From: Phoronis australis
Taxonomy: Eukaryota; Animalia; Phoronida
Direction: 5' to 3'
Assembly: GCA_002633005.1 (NCBI GenBank)
Contig: NMRA01000171.1
Coordinates: 248,001 to 312,000, forward strand
Length of the DNA stretch: 64,000 bases
Shown here piece after piece: positions 13,101-25,410 of the stretch. A program made the position numbers and the translations under genes. How positions within the stretch are numbered: the stretch's first letter is position 1; each line of letters starts with the position of its first letter. The notes under the pieces were generated by a model. It was not told the DNA's origin and ran no database searches. It saw only the letters and a program-made list of their open reading frames with translations.

Positions 13101-16100
13101 GACTAAAGATGTCTTAATCTTTACTTTTGCAGAGTAATTTAACAAAATAGAATTACACTTGTCAGCCATATTGTGTGCCGTAAGTGAAGAATTGCCATTG
13201 TAAGAAATCTTTGAAGACATTGTGCTCTTCACCCACTTACATTCCATTTTATACCTTCCTCCAAACTAAGTTTCTTAAACAGAAAAGCATTTTAAATTTC
13301 AAAATATGATAACAAAATTCCTTTTTAATACAATGACTCAAGTCTTCAGTTTTGATGGCTGGTATCTAGTATTTAAGGGTAAATAAAGTCGGACAAAATT
13401 TTCCTTTGTGTAAAGGCCAGAAAACAAATGAGGGAATCTTCGCAAAAATTTCCAGAAAAATTGATATTCGCAATTGCTGTGCTTGTGAAAGACTTTATAA
13501 TGCCCAATAAAAATTTGATGCATAGCTGAAGTGATGTCAATCCTACTCAAACTCCTCGAAAGCACATGAAAAATGGAATATTGTTTATAAAATATGTGAA
13601 TGTTGCATTAAAAATTTATGAAGACTGACAACTGCATTGTTGTACTCTCGAAGCATTTCTCACATTTCGAGAAATTTTCAGCTGTTACTAACAGTACACA
13701 TCAAAAGTAATCAGAAAAAAACAACCCAAAATTAAAAAAAATGACCCAGAATTCTCTGAAAAAAATGCCCAGAACTCCCTGCCACAGTAGCTAACCAATA
13801 TGACTGTGCAAGACAGGGAATTTAGCAGACAGCTAACAAGGTGAAATCACAGTTTAGTTAAAACTGATGCGTAATTACCCACACATTTACTTGTACAGTT
13901 ATTATCCAGTAATTTCAAAAAAACAAATATTTGATAAAATTGCAATTTTCAAAGGCTGATTACTTTACTGTCAATAATGCTAACTTAACACACTACACAC
14001 CATGCTTATGATAGACTCAGATTTTCTAAATCTTTATTTCTTTAAAATTTTGACAAAATAGAACTTCACTTGCTGGCCATTTTGTGCGCTAAATAAGCGA
14101 AATATTGCCACAAATGGCACTGAATTATGCAAATTTGTACAGTTACTTTCTGTCTGCACTAGACGTACCCTTCATCACCTCCTCCAAGAAGCTGTTCAGC
14201 TGCACACTGTCACCAGACAACAGCTTGACAAGAGAGGTCAAGGCCTTTAATGCAGCACAAGTCAAACCCTCAGCAGTCATCGCTAAGACATCACGTCGCA
14301 CACACGAAAATACAGAACGGCTGAACTCTAGTACGCATTTCATTCCATAGGTGGAAAAGGCACAAGCCTGGAAAAGAATTGACCAATTGATTGGTTTATT
14401 AGCAATATGCAAATTTCAATATGCTTAGAATCCAAAATTATACATATCGTTTTAAAAGACTGTTTTTTTCAAATCACTAAGTAGTTTGAAATTGTTCTTG
14501 AAATTCAAAAATATTTGAATGAATTGAAAATGGTTCATATTCAAATTACCGAAATTGGTTGCAACTTAAAATTAAAAGAAGTAACGCCTTTTTGATTCTA
14601 CGACATGAAAACATTTTCTTTAAAAGCTTAACAGACCACACAGTAATCGATAACATGAAAAGAAATCAATTTCCATTTCACAATGTGACCGCGCACATAT
14701 TTCCTGCTCACCAACAAATCATAAGAGTCTTGTCGAGCACTCGTTACGTCAGACGATAACTTTTCCATGATCAATGGCAAGGCAAACTCCGCAAACAGTG
14801 GGGACGATGATAAGGTGTCACGTAGAGCAAGGACCAACTCCTCTTTGGAGATACTCTGTTCCTCTTTAGACGACTAGAGCAGAATTAAAATAACTCAGTA
14901 CTAAATCAAGTAAACAATTTTGTACATTGAGACAGTAAAAGACAGATGAAATCAGACAAAATACCATTCCCCATCTACTGTCAGCAAAAATGACTGGTAA
15001 TAGCTTTTAGGGTGGCAAACAGAATGGTTTAGCCACCATACTAACTTTCCTTTTGATTCCCTTCATCCTCACTCATCAGGGGAGACTACTCTCATGATGA
15101 ATTCAGCTTCCAACCAGCCATCATGACAGAGAATTCTGGGTCATTTTATCCAAATAGTTTTGTCTTGTACTCTAGCTTATGTGTTCACCTAATCAGAGGT
15201 GGAGGAAGACTGGCAGAGAATTTAAATAAAACTAATAGAACTAAACCAACTTGAAGTTCAGAATTCATTTAATGTCTGTATCAGTAAATGTTTTGTAGTG
15301 TCAAGATAAACTCATGCACGAATAATTCAAAGGTATGGCAAAAAAGTCAAAGCTTATTGAAAAGCTACTTCTGAAATCATGAACTATATGCAGTCTTTTG
15401 CAATTCTTAATACAGCCTCTGCGCTTATGTGCATACATAAAAAACAAAACAAAAAACAATCTTGTAGTGACCAACTTCAACAAACTTTTCACAAAACCTG
15501 TTTCAGAAAATAACACAAAATTAAGTTTAACTGTCCACATTCATAGTGAGGTTACTAACCATAATAATAACTGAGAATCTCATAAAATTTTGTTATTGCT
15601 CAATCCTTAAATTGGATGTCACTCAATAACATTTTAAAAACTTGTTAGTACCCTTCAACACAAAAATGGATTCGTCAACTTACAGGATTAAAGTCGACGG
15701 GGAAGTAACATGAATTGACTTCAAACAGCTCCTCAGCAAACATTTCTGCAAACAAAATGTTCATCATTTCTCAGCCATGTTGATCACATAGAATCAATGT
15801 CAATAAAAATACATAATAGAAACTATATGCATAGTGACAAACAGAATAGTGACACATAGTTCTGGACATATTCCCTAACAGGAAAGTGGAGAACCGTCCA
15901 CCATATTTATTGCCCAAAAGGGGTCTTTTAAAGGGCTAAAATGTTTGCATTTGTGAGTGGTTTATATTTTAGGGTTATCTAAAATCAAATGTACATGATA
16001 TCAAAATCCGGATGACATAAACAGGCTTAAAACACTTTCAAGTTTGGTGACGTGCTGGTGCCGCAGTGGTGGCACGCGAACAGAAAGATCCCAGGATCAA

Positions 16101-19100
16101 ATCATGATGACATTTGCATAAGTTCACAATCAAAAAGAACTCAAACAGCGTTATGATAGCAGACATCAATAAGAAGGTATGGGTGGTCAATATGGAACAT
16201 CATCGACTCCGAAGTACTGAGAGCCAGTCAGTTTAAAACTTCATATAATGTCATTACACTTTTTTCATGGATATGTCATCGTCTTAACATTCAATCACTT
16301 GACATTCATAAAGACCTCTTAAGGTAAAGTAATTTGCCGATCATGGGGCTGTGCTTAATAATTGAGAATATCATAACGTGACTTAGAAATTACTAGTCTA
16401 GGGCACAAGTCTCTAGTTGTGCTCATTTGCTAATTGGCCTGATGTGTCTCACTCACTTATGGGAAAGTTGTTAACAATTGTTCTGACACAATGGAAGGCT
16501 ATCAGTAGATTACGTGGGTCACGCTCTCCATCCATCACTTGAATGTAGCCATAAACAAAGTCTGAACCCATCGACTGCAGCTCTGCAACAAACAACAACA
16601 AAAGGCATGTCAAATAAGTCAGTTCAGGGTTCACAACCATATTAAATCGACTACTACCGATTGGCAGAACACTAAAGTTACAATAAAGCTTCACAAAAAC
16701 AACTTTTGATTTAGAGCACTATTATCAAATTGGTCCCAGAATTGCTCCTAAGTAGAACTGAAGGTGATTTCAGGGCTTTGCGAGGTCTGACAGTTTGCTA
16801 TTGCTAGAGATAAGGCTTTACAAGTTGGCTTGTCATGGCGTGTCATTTTGTGTGCTGATCACGGTCTCAAGGAATAATGAATTGCCACTTCTTTGCAAAC
16901 CCTCATCTGAGTAAGGAAGCTTGGTAGCTGCCTTAAGTGGGACTGTGGTAAAGAGTCTTCAATGTGGCGTAAAACAGGATTTTATTTCTGTTAACTTCCT
17001 GACAAAAACACCGAAAGAGTTATAAGTAATTCAACATTAGCATGGTTTTTATGACACAAAGATCACCACATATAACATTTCAATAAAATTTTCAGCATGC
17101 GCAGCATTGTAGTAAGTACTAGAATGACAATGTCAATTTTAAATGTTATTTTCATCAACAATTGAGTAATCTTTATAACTGATATGCATTTGAAATTATC
17201 AAGCATGGGTGTTTAATTGAGTAGCAACTGATGGCAAAACGCCCGCTTTTCCGATGTTCTTTGTTTAAAAATGTAATTGTCTAGCAAATCCACTTCCCAA
17301 AACAGATGGCTAATCAATCCATAAACTTCTTCAAACTCGAAGCAAAGACTATAATTAACACTCCTAGATGACATGAACAGGGATCGTGAACACAGTCCCT
17401 CACTCATAAACACAGCTCACAACCCTGGTAATCTCAGTTCCGCACCCAAAAACACAGCTCTTCACTCATAAACACCTGATAAACACACATACAAGAATGA
17501 ATGATAATCTGCTATCATGTATGAAACTAAGATCCCGAAACAGCTTAATATCCAGAAAATACCACAAAACTACCAGAAATACAAAACAGTGATGGTACTC
17601 ACCTGTCAGTTTCAAAGACAATAGATTAGATAATAGGTTATACACTGATCGCCTGTCATACTGATTCAGGGACTGAACTTGAACTTCCTTGAATATCTCC
17701 TTGACCACACGGACAGCACACCCTGGTGGAAGCTTTGAGAAGCTACTCTGCAGTATCAGCAATAGAAAAGAGAACAATGTAAATCACAAGAAGGAATGAA
17801 AATACAAAAGAGCCAGCCAGTCATCTGCAGAACGTACCTCACTTCATCACTTTATTGAGACGTCCACACATTATACACAGCTCTGTCACACTAAACCAGT
17901 TCTCAGAATGTCCGAGCCTATCCTCAAATTTTGAATAAATGGGCAACATTGACCAAAAACATACATTGAAAATGACACTGTTGATGGGATTCTGTTCCTA
18001 CTTAGTTTTAGTCAACATTCTTGAAAACATATGGAGAACTACCTTCAGGTGTGACAGAACCTATTGACAGCTCTGGAGAGACTCCTATGCAGGGTTTATT
18101 GGCAAACTGACCCAAAGAAGTTTTTTTCCAAAATTAACCCCTAGTCCAAGCTGGTTTCAAGATGCCACAGCAAATCTTTTATCGAAATTACAAGTTGTAT
18201 TTGATAAATGGCTGCACATTACACCACGCCAACACAATATCAATACCCTTGACATGAGTATTTGCTCACCCTTTTAGGAAAATCATGTTGTACAGTAAAA
18301 TCTCAGTAATTTCGGACAAAAACAATTGCAGCTGTACTTTTAATCATTTTTCAAGGACAGCTAACATAGTAGTGAATGCCTGCAATTTTTCAAAAAGCTT
18401 TGTTTGATGTTAGCAGTGGAACAAAAGTTGAAATGCAGACGAAGGTGTGTCGAGAATGCTGCGGTGTGATTGGTTAGTTAAGCCATCAGTCAAAATCCTG
18501 GTGGTAGGTCAATTCCGAGTACACTAAGCTAACAGCCAGTCAAACTGAATCACAAAACAAGCTGGGTGTAATTCCTAGTGACAAGGCGATTATAACATTA
18601 GTCACAGTATTGACTAAACTTAAACAGCACAAAATCAAAAGAAGTAGGTGGAACTGCCTATTAAATATAATGTGAAAATAATATTGACTGACTTACTACA
18701 CCATAAAATAACAAAAGAAGCTGGGTGTTAATCCCATTGATGACGAGACAAAAACATTAGTCACAGAATTGACTGACTTACTACAGCATAAAATCCCGAC
18801 AGCACATGCGGCGTCACAGAATGGTGATCTTTCAGTCTGTCACAATAAAAAGACACCAAGACTTGAACTGAAAAGGAAAATCCATAACATCTTAGACTGT
18901 TAGATAACTTAAGAGCATATTGCATTACTTGAGTATGTGTAAATGATCCAGCAGCATGTATTGCCTTGTTTTGATTTTGCAACGGCCAGATGACATTATT
19001 AATATAATCAAAATTCTGGTGTTTTCACGATGACTGTATTGCAAATGGTGTGCTTCTAAGGGTGTTTTAGTACCATAAAAATAGGCATTAGATGGTGCAG

Positions 19101-22100
19101 AATACATCTAACTCATCCAAAATTGGAAAGGTGTCATTGTCTTTCTAATACTAAACTATTTGCACCTTTCATGAAAATCTGCCAAGGCCTCCAAAGACAC
19201 AGAGGCATACGTAAAAACTAAAATTGCCATTAGGGACACAGCGGTAGTCATAGTAATTCAAAATATTGTGGGCAGAAGTTGTCACACTTACAGGAAAACA
19301 TCAGCAAAAGTTCATAAAGATCCTGCAGTAATCAGGAGTTACAGCAAAAATACAAAATCATCACTAGAGGTCGCCACGGTTGTCAGTCCTGTCCGAAAAT
19401 CAACATCAGCCATGGGCTTTTCACTAGGAACACAACAGCTAAGTTTCGTAATGATACTTCAAGCAGTTTGGCGGATAAGAGGTGGATGCCAAAAACGGAC
19501 ACAAAAAATTAAAAATGGCCACTAAGAGTCCACAATACGTCAAATTCATCCAAAAATGGAAAGGCATCTGTTCCATTTTTGGATGAAATTGACATATTCT
19601 GGACTCTTAGTGGCCATTTTTAATTTTTTGTTTGTGTTTGGATGAGTTAGATGTATTCTGCACCATCTAATGCCTATTTTTATGGTACTAAAACACCCTT
19701 AGAAGCACACTAGGGGGTACAGCTATGGTTGAATTGGTCTGAAATTTGTCGTCATCTCCAAACAAACACAGCTGCCAAATTTCACAAAGATTATCCAATG
19801 GATTAAGGAGATACAGCCATGAACGAAAAAGTTGCACAAAGGACACCAGAGTATTGGAACCCATGCAAAAATAAATGTCACCAGCAGTCTTGTCATCAGG
19901 AACACATCTGCCAATTTCCACAATGAGTCTTTGAGTAGTTTGGCGGATACAGGGGCAGACACTCAAAATTTTTAAAATGGCCACCAAGTGGCACAGAATA
20001 CAGATCTGTCCAAAAATTGGAAGGTATCCTCTCCTTAATAGAAACGTATTTGCCAAATTTCATGAAAATCCATCAAGGAACTTTAAAGATACAGAGGCAA
20101 TCGTAAAAAAATAAAATTGCCACAAGGGGGCAGAACTGAAGTTGGATCGGTCCAAACCTCGTCATAGCTTGTCGTCAGTTTCATCTGCCAAGTCTCCAGA
20201 GCCTGCAAGGCATTTAGGAGATACAGCAGTGGACGTCAGACGCCCGAACAGAGATGACTGTAATATGCACCCACACATAAATATGTGGGCATGAAAATGA
20301 AAGCATAAATTTCACTTATCAGTCATATTATGTCCTAATTAGTGAGATTTTGCTGTAGGCAGAGAAAACGTAATGAAGTACAAAGCTAGGATGACTCCAG
20401 AAGATATGTATATGCCGCTGTTGATTTGAAATTATGTTTCATCAAATCCAACACCAGATGCAATTAAGGCTAAACCCCGGGAGTGTGAAACTTTCAGTCT
20501 AGACAAGTGGTGGCTCCAGTTGGCACTGGGGGATTTCATCTATGACAGTGATGTCATTTCCAAATGCATTTTGGGACGGTTGTCTGCTGGTAAACATCGG
20601 ATGACATAACAGATAACCTGTGGACGTGCAACCCGACTTGAAATCAGCGATTCAGGTGGTAGGTTTAACTTCCGAGTGATCACATGGCGCATGTCTTGAG
20701 AATCTTTTGCACAAAAGATCTACCAATTATGTACATATTTGATGCTTTTGTAGCTCGCTTTCAATCTTTTGTCTCATTCCAGGCTCTCTTTCATGAAAAG
20801 TAACTTTTAAGTCACCAATATGTTCACATAACTATTTCTGAAAAATATTATGCTATATGTAAACCTCACCTGAGCCAAAGCACAGTCTCTGAAACTATAC
20901 ACATAGCTGCAAGTTACTGACATAATTTCTATACATTATTTTTACACGGTGAAGCACTACAACTACTTTGCCAAACTTTTATTCAGCAATTGTGAAGTAG
21001 GAGTGTTACACCAAATTTCTATCTCAAGTCTCGGGTCATTTCCAACAGACTCCATACTGAAGTTATATGTTAAACAGCTTTCAGCTATGTATTAAAAGCA
21101 TAAAGACCTCAGTCTCTCCTATCCTGAAACAACTGAGGTCAATTAAAGACAAGAATGCTGTGACATGACATACACCATGTAGACTATTCAGTACGTTACC
21201 TTCTTTTTCTGTCAAATGATCAGCAGGTAGCCTGGCTAGTACATCTGATAGCAGCTTGGTTGCACTAGACCTGGTGTTGGGTTCAGTACTCGTCAAGTAG
21301 GGGCTGGAATGGGGCAAGGCATTAAACACTTTCATAGCACATCACACGGACAGAACAGATGATTGAAACGGCAGACTTTCACAACACAGTAATTATCAAA
21401 AAGAGTTAAAAATTTTTGACATCATTTGGCCGATAACAAAAAGCAAAACAATTAAAAATTGACAAAAAATCATTTGAAAATTAGAAATTTCTTACAAAAA
21501 ATTTCATTGATTCCCAATAACAGGCAATTTTGTCAACTTTTTTTAAAAATCATTGTAATATGTAGCAGCATCAACTGGTAATTGGTTATTGTCCATGACT
21601 CGTGTTGACACCTGTGGGCATAAAAACGTACTTCGACCTCATGGTGAGTGACACAGCAGAACACTTTTGATTGTTAGAAAAGAATTGTTTAGGATGCACA
21701 AGAGTGTACTTTAGGCATAGAGCCAAAAACGCAGTTGCTGCATCGTCAGTCAAAGGGTATTGTTGAGAGCCACTAGCCACATGTCATTAATTACCATACG
21801 AATGTTCTGCATCTGTCAAATTGCACTGATTTATTTACTGTAAAACCTCATCAATTTAGGACACAATACAGTGGACAGGTGAAATTTCATTTTCTCATAA
21901 ATCATATGTAGAACCAAAATGATGCTTTGATATATTCAAGTTCTGTACGATACCTACCAACAGGCAATAATCAAAACAAGTAAAAATTAGTAGACATTCA
22001 CATCAATGTTAGAAGCTCTTGAAAAATGAAAACAGTGCTATCTTGACATTTCTTTTTATCTAAAATTAGTGAGATTTTACCCTGGTGTTCAAAATAAATA

Positions 22101-24809
22101 ACAAAGCCCAGTTGCATACAGTAAACAGCATGTGTCAGGTGCCTCACTTGACGTGCCATGCCATAACTTTCTGAGTGACAGTCCAACTGTGTATACATAG
22201 GCCGGCTTTATTACAGTTACTTTCACAGATTCCACAAATGATGTGGATGTTATTTTAATTCGTGTTTAACTTTGTCTTCAAAACATTGTTTCTGCCTACA
22301 TCTGCACTACTCGTAATTGCTATACATAAATTAGGTTGTGTCAACATCCCGTTAACTAAATTTACCAGCATGCTGTTTTGAGTATGAAGAATGAAATACT
22401 GCAACATGATATTCATTGCGCAGAGATTTATCTCATCAATGTAAGAAGTAAACTTTGCGATATCATACCCAAGTTCTTCTACCAACTGCAACAGATTCAA
22501 CTTTTCTTCTAAAATATCTGAAATTAAAGAACAAAGCAACTAGTATGCGACATAGTATTGAGTATCAATATTAAAAACAGTCATCAGTTGTATTCCAAAC
22601 CAAATGCAATTAAATAAAGTTGCTGTAAACCATATTATGATGTCAACCATTGTTTTAATTCATTTGTGGTGGAACCATTTGTTCTGTTGATTTTTTAATA
22701 TATTGAGTTAGCATTCCTAACTGCACAACATAAAATCATGGACAGAATGGAGTTGGCTGATTATTTCATTCACTTTTACTAATTTCTTAAATGCTTGCAG
22801 ATCAGCAGCACTATGTGTGATCACATCATGCCAGGTCAAACTGCCACGACCACAAATTACTGTCAAGAGCCGCTCTCTTTACTCTGCCTCTGTTTTAGTT
22901 GATGTAAGCATTCTGGTGATGTTGTGAGCAGCCTGATAAACATGCAAATTAGTTAAGGTAAATAGAGCAGGTCGGCCAAGACACTTTGCTGTGAATGTTG
23001 CCAATTGAATCAGGAAAATTTGGACGTATTAATGCTATTGATTGGTGTTGATATCAACAAATGTATTATAAGTACAGTGTTCTCCACAATACCAATTCCA
23101 AACTCGACGCAAATTTCTAGAGTTCAATATCAGTAGTCAACACCGTCTTTTCTCTAGTCTATAGCCTTAACATCTCCACGGGAGGTACTTATAATTAAAT
23201 GTTTCAAAAAATGTACACCGAACTAGTCAGGTGTGACATACTTCTTGACACTTTGTAGGGCCTACACGTGAAAACCGCGAATCGTTCGAAGTGCCCATTC
23301 AGCTGACGATTGTCTCACGAATAAAAAACTTGTTAATAGCACGTGGCCAGGAAGCGCGCTATATACCTGTCACTTGTAATCGCAGACATTACTGTTTGGG
23401 AACTATCTATGAAACTACGGGTAGCATATCGGCAAGAAATAAACATTGGCACTAATTTCAAAAGTTTCTAACAACGTAAAAACTGTAGCGTTATTTTTAA
23501 GAGGGATTGCTTTATTAATCACTTGTTTACTGTATTCATAATTGGTGTTTTTAAAGTAAAATACCTGATAAAATGCTCCACTGATAGTGGACACCTCCGC
23601 CCCTGAATCTCGCGGAAAATAACTCGGACTATCACACATCCAGTTACCCGGCGACTCAATGTCATTCAGGCTTTATAGGCCCAACCGAGACAATTCTCGC
23701 ACGCTTTAACAGCTAGATGTGATAAGCAAGTGCTAAATAAAATGCATTCTCATGATACTGCTTGTGTTATTTCTTTAATAACAATGCACACCTAAATCGT
23801 TAGGCCTACATTGCGTTTACTCCGGCAAATGAACGCTGATGACATGCATGTGCTTGCACACTCACACACGCAGACGATCTTCAAAACAAAAGTCACGTGA
23901 CTATGACATGTGTGTTCTTCCAGAGATTTTTCTCATGTTGCAGATTTGAACCTATATTGTTCTTAATACCGACTCCACAGGAACTTAAAATCTTAGGAAA
24001 GCTATTTGGAAAACCTTAGTAAGGATTTCAGGCAATTTGTTGAGTCAGCGGCGCATTAGTGGGATTTCAGGACAATTTTCTGTAAAGCGATCATAACTTA
24101 ACAATGAAATTTGAAAGCAATGCGCCACCGTTTTGTAGAAAGTCTGTCATAAGCTACAGATACATCACGTAGCGTAAATTCGATGAATCCTAGCTTCCGA
24201 TTTCACCCGGTTTAGAGACCGGGTTTCAACCTCCTTGGGTAACAATCAATAAGCGCCTCACCCCTGAAACGAATTTTACTAAGCGCCCGCGTCGCCTTAT
24301 TACGGCGAATACGGTACTGTCAACTGCCTCTTAATGAAGTGAAGAATGTTTACTGTTGGTAAAATCAGGATCTGATTAGATGCTGAGCTGAATTACCTAG
24401 CCAGGCAAAGTTTTAAACCTGGCGAAGCAATTTTTAAACTTTCCTCAAACTCGACGCGCTTTCCTCAAACTTAACGCGGCAAAATCCAAACTCGTTACAG
24501 CGTCGAGTCAAAACAGGTTGTGGAGAACACTGAAGTATATCGTCGAAGCGGCTGATTCAAGGTGTTTGGCTGTGTGCCGTGCCGTGGACGTGGTCCGCCG
24601 TCCGGTGCAGTTGAACTGAGTGAAGTGGTCAGTTACCCGCAATCAATTCTGCGAATTAGTTACACCTGTCGAATAACAGAACCGATACACAACGACTGGC
24701 TGGCTCTAAAAACAAGAAAATACGAACCTGTTGCAACATAAACAATTTCGTTTTCTTGTTTACCCTTCACATAGTTTTCAACAGCACTTTTCCAAACGGA
24801 GGACGACAT
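1192..24809 (-). CDS. MMS19: MMS19 cytosolic Fe-S assembly / nucleotide excision repair HEAT-repeat protein, 22 coding exons; terminal exon not resolved
   Basis: GT-AG exons with mutually consistent phases, in transcription order: 24809-24728, 22517-22469, 21303-21200, 18867-18782, 17747-17603, 16582-16457, 15745-15684, 14873-14712, 14367-14169, 12753-12599, 12178-12103, 11436-11229, 10431-10334, 9821-9681, 8721-8490, 7469-7370, 6308-6237, 5915-5789, 4275-4115, 3582-3313, 2862-2695, 1352-1192 (2984 nt). The translation carries MMS19 hallmarks: FYCDRLKDHH, FKEVQVQSL, IQVMDGERDPRNLL, EELFEVNSCYFPVDF, LLYRQRFF, ALDDKKRLVRKEATKARNQW. Confidence 0.96.
2304..2595. mobile_element. Degenerate MITE in an MMS19 intron
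   Basis: Imperfect TIRs CAGGGGCCTGTGTTT / AAACAGGCCGCTG plus an internal inverted match TTTTGTCTCTTGACTTT / AAAGTCAAAAGACAAAA. Confidence 0.55.
6495..6732. mobile_element. Degenerate MITE (Harbinger-like ends)
   Basis: Imperfect inverted ends GAGCCCATTTTATCAAG / CTTGATAAAACCAGCCC; no clear TSD. Confidence 0.35.
8886..8985 (+). mobile_element. tRNA-derived SINE head fragment
   Basis: A-box-like GGCAGTGTGGCCTAGTGGT and a degenerate B-box GGTTTCAAGCTCC; no cloverleaf. Confidence 0.35.
9060..9230. repeat. 21-bp minisatellite, about 8 copies
   Basis: Unit ATCTGGTACCACATGTACCA(G/C). It explains the five overlapping repeat-peptide ORFs at 8985-9341. Confidence 0.97.
9934..10092. repeat. Long imperfect hairpin (about 72-bp arms, about 14-nt loop), MITE-like
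   Basis: ACTTTTTCAA...GGGAAGCT pairs with AGCTCCCCCG...TTGAAAAAGT. Confidence 0.85.
19040..20296 (-). mobile_element. Helentron-associated non-autonomous element (HINE / DINE-1-like), 3'-truncated and internally rearranged
   Basis: Reverse-strand copy of the family at 36690 and 44838: terminal hairpin ATGCACCCACACATAAATATGTGGGCAT and internal subrepeats GCCAC(T)AG..G and TTTCATGAAAAT. Confidence 0.7.
23075..24532. mobile_element. Non-autonomous TIR DNA transposon in MMS19 intron 1, 5-bp TSD
   Basis: Perfect 15-bp TIR CAGTGTTCTCCACAA; TSD AAGTA (23070-23074 and 24533-24537); subterminal AAACTCGACGC motifs at both ends. Confidence 0.88.
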
Positions 24810-25075
24810 TTTGTTTCATAACGAGCATGAGGTTATAAATAACATTACAAATTTCAAAAGTCTCTATTGGGATACAAATTACAAAACAAAAATTAAAACA
24901 AGGTTTTAATAACAAAAAAAGTAAAAGATTGACTTTTTGGTTATTTGTTTTCGCAAATATTTGGGAGAGTATTTTTACAACTGCACATGCGCAATCGCGT
25001 TGGAAAGAGGAACAAAACAAACAGGGGTAAATAGTTTGCACCCCTTGTGTTGTTCATCGTCTCCCCAGGGAAAAA
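24810..25075. promoter_or_regulatory. Putative bidirectional promoter / 5'UTRs shared by MMS19 and UBTD
   Basis: Only 266 bp separate two divergent ATGs. Contains an NRF1-like TGCACATGCGCA (~24982-24993) and a small CpG cluster. Function is inferred from the geometry. Confidence 0.65.
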
Positions 25076-25151
25076 ATGGGGGGCTGTGTCGGTACTAATC
25101 GGGATGGAGGACGTTCTGACCCTTCGGCCTCTTCTGGGAATGGACGAACAG
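25076..25151 (+). CDS. UBTD1: Exon 1 of ubiquitin domain-containing protein UBTD1/UBTD2 homolog
   Basis: aaaATG GGG GGC TGT GTC GGT... gives MGGCVGTNRDGGRSDPSASSGNGRT+G, then a CAG|gtattt phase-1 donor. MG(G/N)CVG is the lipidation-type N-terminus of UBTD1/2, and UBTD1 lies head-to-head with MMS19 in human. No downstream exons were found in the window. Confidence 0.8.
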
Positions 25152-25410
25152 GTATTTTAATGTGTTTCTTAGCACTCATATTTGTGTAAAATGGGTGGTA
25201 GCTAATCGCCTGACTGAATCTAGGCAACACATAACCATAGGCTGGTTAGGCAGGTTAGGGGCTACAATATGTCACATCGCTTTCTGTACTAATTTCGTCT
25301 TGTGTGTTTTAAACAGGTGTTAGTAGATATCCACTCACCATTTAAGAGTTTTCACAAAAAATACACTGTACACTTAAGTATCAGTCCACGGATCCACCGA
25401 CCACTGTATA

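Noticed and set aside
16047-16110. tRNA gene
   Set aside because: Only degenerate A/B-box-like pieces and no cloverleaf; at most a SINE remnant.
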